Below, one piece after another: positions 59,114 to 64,000 of a stretch of DNA of 64,000 bases. Position 1 is the first letter of the stretch; the number at the start of each line of letters is the position of its first letter. A model generated the notes under the pieces. The model ran no database searches. It had not been told where the DNA came from and saw only the letters and a program-made list of their open reading frames with translations. A program made the position numbers and the translations under genes. The DNA comes from an uncultured Verrucomicrobiota bacterium (GTDB lineage Bacteria; Verrucomicrobiota; Kiritimatiellia; RFP12; UBA3636), in contig CALDQE010000073.1 of assembly GCA_937911295.1 (NCBI GenBank), positions 22,352-86,351 of the forward strand, read 5' to 3'.

Positions 59114-60214
59114 TTAAATTCCTGGACAAATTTCATTTGCTCGTGGATACAAAGCATCCATTTCTGCTTTAAATTGATTTAATTCAGGTGTAGGAGTAAT
59201 TTTAATATCTTCGCCACTTCCTAAATTCTTTGTGCGCCATGAATCATATTTTCGCTGTGCATCATTTAAAGTTTTTCTTGCGGTTACCTCTTCAAGCTTA
59301 AGCTTATGTATTTTATTCTCAAGATTTGCTCTTGCTGCTCCACTTGTTGTTTTACGCTTTTCCTCTAACTCATCAGATTCTTTTTTTAAATTTTTATAAA
59401 CTTTTACTGCATCATGATACTCCGTGTAATGTGGATTTTTTTTAATCTCTTCTTTGCGTAATTCAGTTAATAAGCTTTGATACTTTCCACGTGCAGTACA
59501 AAAATCAATTATTGTTGTTTTATCTGGATGTACTTTATTATTGTAAGGTCCACGGAACATTACTAAATCAGATTCCTTTATAAAAAATTCAACATCTGGA
59601 TTTATAATTCCATCCTTTATTTGATGACATTGTATCAATGCAACATTCTTCATAAATATATGATCTCGCGTCTCTACTACAATACCACCTAAAATAGAAC
59701 CAATTTTATTTTTTTCTTTATTATAAATATCAGTATTAACTGCAACTACAGCCCAATTTGGTCCATCATAATCTTCTGGAATTTCTGGCTCTTCAAATAC
59801 CTCTTCCTCTACTACCTCAACTGTCTGCTGAACAGCTGAATCTGGTTCAACTACCTCTGTGCTATCACTTGTCTCTTTTGGCTTATTTGAATCACCATCT
59901 ATAAGTTCTACTACCTTACGTTTTGTTGATGTAAATACAGATTCTACTGCTACCTTTTCTATTTTTGTTTCTTTAACTTCAGATGATTCTTCAAAATCAT
60001 TTAAATCTTCTTCTATGTTTACTTCAACATTATTCATAGAACTATCTAACAAAACTATTTCTTTTCCAGTAACTCTTGAATAAATTTCTTTATTATAAAA
60101 ATCTGGCGAAAATGATTTCAAAAAATAAAGTACAGCACCAAATATTACAATAAAAATTATTGTCCTGATTATCGAAGAAATAATAAATGATAAATTTACT
60201 TTAAACATAATCAA
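59114..60214 (-). CDS. Membrane-anchored protein with an acidic linker and an uncharacterised C-terminal domain.
   Basis: Seen: N-terminal TM helix (IIRTIIFIVIFGAVLYFL), a Glu/Val-rich linker, and a C-terminal coiled-coil. No family recognised. Confidence 0.4.
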   Translation of the reverse strand: MIMFKVNLSFIISSIIRTIIFIVIFGAVLYFLKSFSPDFYNKEIYSRVTGKEIVLLDSSMNNVEVNIEEDLNDFEESSEVKETKIEKVAVESVFTSTKRKVVELIDGDSNKPKETSDSTEVVEPDSAVQQTVEVVEEEVFEEPEIPEDYDGPNWAVVAVNTDIYNKEKNKIGSILGGIVVETRDHIFMKNVALIQCHQIKDGIINPDVEFFIKESDLVMFRGPYNNKVHPDKTTIIDFCTARGKYQSLLTELRKEEIKKNPHYTEYHDAVKVYKNLKKESDELEEKRKTTSGAARANLENKIHKLKLEEVTARKTLNDAQRKYDSWRTKNLGSGEDIKITPTPELNQFKAEMDALYPRANEICPGI

Positions 60215-60236
60215 TTAGCCTTAAAAATTTTTAAAA

Positions 60237-61466
60237 TTAGTTATTATCTATTTTTGAAAAAGCATCTGCAAATGAACCGAATGATGAACTCTGCTTACGA
60301 GATTTTTCTATATACTCACGAGCCTCTAACTCTTGCTTTTCTTGCTGCTCATCACTTTCGCTTGTTTTTGCTGCTTCATCTAAAACTTCAACTACATGCA
60401 ATGAAATTTTTCTTTCATCATAATCTATATTGTCAATTTGTAAATCCAACTGCTGATCAATTTTAAAATATAATCTTGGATCGCTAATACGATGCTTTAA
60501 ACCAAGCTTTGATATATGGACAAATCCCTCTACTCCACAATCAAGCTCAACAATTACTCCAATTTGTAATAGCTTAATTATTTTTCCTGTTAAATAACTA
60601 CCAACATCATATTCAGCCTCAAATAAATTCCATGGATCCTCTTTAGCATCTAATAAACTAAATGAAAAACGATTATTTTCCCAATCAAGAGAAATAATTG
60701 TAACACTTACATTCTGTCCCTCAGATACTACATCCTCTGGCTTCGTATTTTTGTTCCATGAAAGCTGACGTAATGGAATCAATCCTTCAACTCCACCTAT
60801 ATCTACAAATACTCCAAAAGGCATTATTTTTGTTACCTTACCAGTAACTTGATCACCCTCTGAAAGCGTCTCCTTTAATGCATTACGCTTTTCAATTGCA
60901 TCTCGCTCCTGTAATGCACGATGACTTACCACCAATGTACGATCCTCTGGCTCATATTCAGTAACAAGAAAATTCATTACTTTGCCAATATATAAATCAT
61001 TTGGTTCATCTCGACGCTTATTCTTATCGATTTGTGAATATGGACAAAATCCTCGCTGACCACAAACTATTACCTCATACCCACCATTTATTTCTTTTTC
61101 TACCTTGCCCTCTACTGGAAGCTTTGTTGTATACGCTTGTAGTATTGATTGATTTGCTACTGAACTATTGCTTCCAGCACTAGCAGTAAATCTAGCAGAA
61201 CCATCTCTTACCTCTACAAAATATACTTCAATTACATCGTTTGGTTCAGGTAATGGAATATTTGTATCCCATTGATTAGTATCAATTACACCTTGAAGCT
61301 TTGAGTTTACATCAAGTACAATATAATCATCTGTCACTGAAATTACTGTACCTCTTACCTTTTCTCCAGGATTAAACCCTCTACGTAAACCCTTCATCTG
61401 CTCATCAATCTCATCCATTAATGCTGCCATAGCTTGAGATTTTAATCCTCTTTTAGGTGTAATCAT
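60237..61466 (-). CDS. S1 RNA-binding-domain protein (about four S1 repeats, short ribosomal-protein-S1-like) with an acidic C-terminal tail.
   Basis: Seen: repeated S1-type blocks (G.V..V...GV.V.L..GV.G..H.S.L). 409 aa. Confidence 0.6.
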   Translation of the reverse strand: MITPKRGLKSQAMAALMDEIDEQMKGLRRGFNPGEKVRGTVISVTDDYIVLDVNSKLQGVIDTNQWDTNIPLPEPNDVIEVYFVEVRDGSARFTASAGSNSSVANQSILQAYTTKLPVEGKVEKEINGGYEVIVCGQRGFCPYSQIDKNKRRDEPNDLYIGKVMNFLVTEYEPEDRTLVVSHRALQERDAIEKRNALKETLSEGDQVTGKVTKIMPFGVFVDIGGVEGLIPLRQLSWNKNTKPEDVVSEGQNVSVTIISLDWENNRFSFSLLDAKEDPWNLFEAEYDVGSYLTGKIIKLLQIGVIVELDCGVEGFVHISKLGLKHRISDPRLYFKIDQQLDLQIDNIDYDERKISLHVVEVLDEAAKTSESDEQQEKQELEAREYIEKSRKQSSSFGSFADAFSKIDNN

Positions 61467-61520
61467 TTATACCCTCTCAAAATATTTTTTGGTTATATGA
61501 GTATCTGTTTTTATAACTTA

Positions 61521-62609
61521 TTATCCACGCAATGGCATAATAACATACAAGAATGGAATGTCACTCTTGATTAGTCCAGGACTGGATTCTTTATTTAATT
61601 CAATATAAATTACATCGCTAGTTAAATTACGCAATGGATCCATCATAAATTCTGGATTAAATATTGTTATAATCTCTGGACCCTCATATTTAATAGCAAT
61701 TGTATCCAATGCTTCACCAACTTCAACTGCAGTTACTGAAATTGTAAGCAAATTATCAGCAAAGCATAAACGCATTGAATTTGATGTCGGTGTTGTAGAT
61801 ACTGACATACGCTTCAATACAGCTAATAGCTCTTCTCTATTGATTTCAATTCTATAATCACATTTTGCTGAAACAAATTTCTTAAAGTCTGGATATGAAC
61901 CACTCAATACTTTACTTGAAAGTGTTAAATCTCCAAATGTAAATATTGCCTGATTTTCCTTAATAATAATCTCAATGTCTCCCTCAGTACCCAAAACTCT
62001 TATTAGTTCTTGAACTGCTTTAGTAGGAAGAATTGAATCACGATTATTTTCCACAGGGAATTCTACCTCTGTCTCATATAATGCTAATCGACGGCAATCT
62101 GTAGCAGCACAAATTAATTTGCTATTCTCAAAATTCATCATAACTCCATTTAGAATAGCTCTTGAATCATCTGTTGATGCTGCATATACTGTCTTTTTAA
62201 GCATATCTAATAATCTACCTTGTTGAAGTGTATATGAAACTCCTCCATCAAGTGTTTGTTTTGCAGGAAATTTATTTGCTGGTATACCAAGTATCTTTGA
62301 ACGATATGATCCACAACTCATACTAGCTGTCTCATCTGAAGCATCAATCGTTACAACTCCACTAGATAGCTCGTGAACAATACCAGTTAATTTACGAACT
62401 GGAAGTGTTATTTCACCTTGCTCAACAATTTCAGCCTCACAACTATATTCCATAGTCATATCTTGAGTTGTTGTTCTAAAGAATATCTTATCCTCAGAGG
62501 TATAAATTAATACATTTGAAAGAATTGGTTCTGTTACCTTTGTTGGTACTATATTTTGAACCTTAGCTAGTGCGTTATACAATGTTGGTTGAGGTATTCT
62601 TATTTTCAT
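61521..62609 (-). CDS. dnaN: DNA polymerase III beta sliding clamp.
   Basis: Seen: three-domain clamp length (362 aa), N-terminal MKIRI...L, C-terminal ...YVIMPLR typical of DnaN. Confidence 0.85.
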   Translation of the reverse strand: MKIRIPQPTLYNALAKVQNIVPTKVTEPILSNVLIYTSEDKIFFRTTTQDMTMEYSCEAEIVEQGEITLPVRKLTGIVHELSSGVVTIDASDETASMSCGSYRSKILGIPANKFPAKQTLDGGVSYTLQQGRLLDMLKKTVYAASTDDSRAILNGVMMNFENSKLICAATDCRRLALYETEVEFPVENNRDSILPTKAVQELIRVLGTEGDIEIIIKENQAIFTFGDLTLSSKVLSGSYPDFKKFVSAKCDYRIEINREELLAVLKRMSVSTTPTSNSMRLCFADNLLTISVTAVEVGEALDTIAIKYEGPEIITIFNPEFMMDPLRNLTSDVIYIELNKESSPGLIKSDIPFLYVIMPLRG

Positions 62610-63190
62610 AACTTGTCCCAGATTTTTTATTCACAGTCGATTTATAAACAATTGCTAATATTATACTATATTAAAAAATTATTACAATAGTAGTATTAGA
62701 ATATTTAATAACTTTCGCAAATTAATATTAACTACATGAAAAACAATGCTTTAATTATTTTTATAAGATGTTGATAACCTTTTGATTATTTTTTAATAAC
62801 TGATGACTTATAAACAATGTTGTAATTAACTTCAAGTTATTAACAGGGTTAATATCAATTTATTAACATGTTATTAACAAGTAATTAAAATTTCAACCAT
62901 TGCAATAAACCACCATTTATATATGTAATTTTACACTTTTTTTAAAATAAAATCAATAGAGTAATATGTTTAGAATACTAAAATTATTTAATAAAATTTT
63001 ATAAATGAGTTATATTACCTTTGTTTTATGAAAATTATGCCAGTTTTAGGTATGTGAATTAGATTTTTTTCTAAATATCATACTTATAATTTTATTAACA
63101 AATATTTGGTATTTATTAACAAGTTATTAACAGGTTTATTATGATAATGCAGTAAAAATCAAAATATTGTAATATATACTCAAAATTATA
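62610..63190. other. Candidate chromosomal replication origin (oriC): an extremely AT-rich non-coding region upstream of dnaN with multiple DnaA-box-like 9-mers.
   Basis: Seen: TTATTCACA (62628-62636, consensus-perfect) and TGTTGATAA (62769-62777). TTATTAACA at 62837, 62860, 62871, 63092, 63113 and 63125. A near-pure AT stretch at 62640-62760. Inferred: consistent with the ~35:3 minus-strand gene bias to the left. Confidence 0.4.
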
Positions 63191-63194
63191 TATT

Positions 63195-63440
63195 TTTCAT
63201 TTTATTATGATATAGACGCGAGACGATTGTGCGACGATAGACGCTAGACAACCGAAGACTCGAGACGCTAGACGTTGAACGGACATGAGACGCTTAGACG
63301 ATAAGACTCCTCATCGCGTTGACACGCGACCCATCCTGCGTTGACACGCACCCTTGAGACATTAGACTAGAGACTAGAGACATGAGACACTGACAATAGA
63401 TAAAAAGCCAATTAGACAGCGAACGGACACGAGACAATCA
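63195..63440. repeat. T-poor, GC-richer block with ~12-13-bp periodic AGAC(G)/GAGAC/TAGAC motifs, including a direct repeat GCGTTGACACGC x2. Cryptic tandem repeat of unknown function.
   Basis: Seen directly: about 15 AGAC-anchored units. GCGTTGACACGC at 63316 and 63338. Composition is sharply different from the adjacent AT-rich DNA. Confidence 0.45.
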
Positions 63441-63686
63441 GACTGCGAGTGCTAACGATTGCTAGTCGCGTTGCTTGTTGCTTTCGCTAACACGGAGTAC
63501 GGAGGACAAAGGAGAATTGTGCCAACAATCATTCCAGTACCCCACATCACCTCTCCGTGTCTCCGTTCTCAGGAAAATCACACTACGTGTGCTCCGTGTT
63601 TCGCCGAAGGCTATAGCGTCAGCTTGAAATCTGTCTTATCGTCTAATTGATGGAGTCGCCCAGTGTTTTAGAGCAAAAGGCGGCAA

Positions 63687-64000
63687 TCACTTGGGATTAC
63701 ACATTGCAAGTAACTCTTCAACTGAGGTTGTGGCAAGACAAACGACAGTATCTGCGGCTCCATAGTAAATTTTCACAGATCCATCATCCTCAGCAATCAT
63801 CCCTCCAGGGAAAATTACATCATTACGGAAGCCATTCCGCTCATACTCCTCAGTAGGTGCTATTATTGGTTCGTCACACTTCCCTATTACTCGCCATGGC
63901 TCATTCAAATCAAGTAGCATCACGCCAGCTTGATAACGCTTCTGCCACTTATCCTCCCAACCATTCTTCCCTCTTGTTGTATCTAAATCAACAGCATGAA
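63687..64000 (-). CDS. C-terminal part of a GH130-family glycoside phosphorylase/hydrolase. The gene continues beyond the window end.
   Basis: Seen: ...VIFPGGMIAEDDGSVKIYYGAADTVVCLATTSVEELL, typical of the GH130 C-terminus. Partial. Confidence 0.5.
   Translation of the reverse strand, partial: HAVDLDTTRGKNGWEDKWQKRYQAGVMLLDLNEPWRVIGKCDEPIIAPTEEYERNGFRNDVIFPGGMIAEDDGSVKIYYGAADTVVCLATTSVEELLAMCNPK

Noticed and set aside
63459-63856. Two small plus-strand ORFs (63 and 69 aa) to the right of the candidate origin
   Set aside because: They overlap the ACACGGAG/CTCCGTGT repeat block and the 3' end of the GH130 gene, respectively. They have no RBS and low-complexity composition, and are likely spurious.
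1-64000. tRNA/rRNA genes and IS/transposase/integrase genes
   Set aside because: No T-loop-like GGTTCGAAT/GTTCGAATC segments or rRNA-like conserved blocks were found in the non-coding stretches. No translated ORF shows DDE-transposase, tyrosine-recombinase or serine-recombinase motifs.

Overview
The window is a low-GC (~35-40%) region of a diderm bacterium; Mla, LptF/G and OmpA homologues are present and Shine-Dalgarno sites are used. About 35 of 38 credible genes lie on the minus strand. The right end carries dnaN (61521..62609, -). Directly upstream of dnaN is an ~0.6-kb extremely AT-rich non-coding stretch with at least eight DnaA-box-like 9-mers (TTATTCACA, TTATCAACA, TTATTAACA). With the one-sided strand bias, I read this as a candidate chromosomal origin with the replication fork moving leftwards through the window. 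Housekeeping genes from right to left include an S1-domain protein, a B12-binding radical SAM enzyme, a YebC regulator, cstA, a double-domain ndk, aspC, LptF/G, zupT, a UvrD-like helicase, mlaEFD, rfbB, proBA, a holA-like gene, rlmN, pepT and a YhaM-like RNase. Accessory and surface content is rich. It includes a 2945-aa secreted giant protein (PKD, LamG and many thrombospondin-type-3 calcium-binding repeats) clustered with a lipoprotein, a secreted coiled-coil protein, an NHL-like beta-propeller and an XRE/zinc-ribbon regulator. There is also an OmpA protein with TSP3 repeats, an OlsF-like fused aminolipid synthase next to a DUF192 gene, and two tandem paralogous lipoproteins beside an FGE-sulfatase-domain protein. 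An AT-rich, probably acquired AAA+ (DUF4143/COG1373) ATPase is flanked by paired perfect palindromes, and there is a decayed gene-fragment zone (14.33-14.81 kb). Several GC-richer, repeat-laden intergenic islands (1.56-1.76 kb, 22.25-23.12 kb, 29.44-29.60 kb, 34.29-34.58 kb, 63.19-63.66 kb) share short motifs (ACACGGA(T/G), TAGACG/GAGAC, GGGAGAT). They look like candidate sRNA, regulatory or repeat elements, not coding DNA. No rRNA, tRNA, CRISPR array, transposase or integrase was recognised. All functional calls come from motif recognition by eye in the supplied translations, and none was checked against a database.
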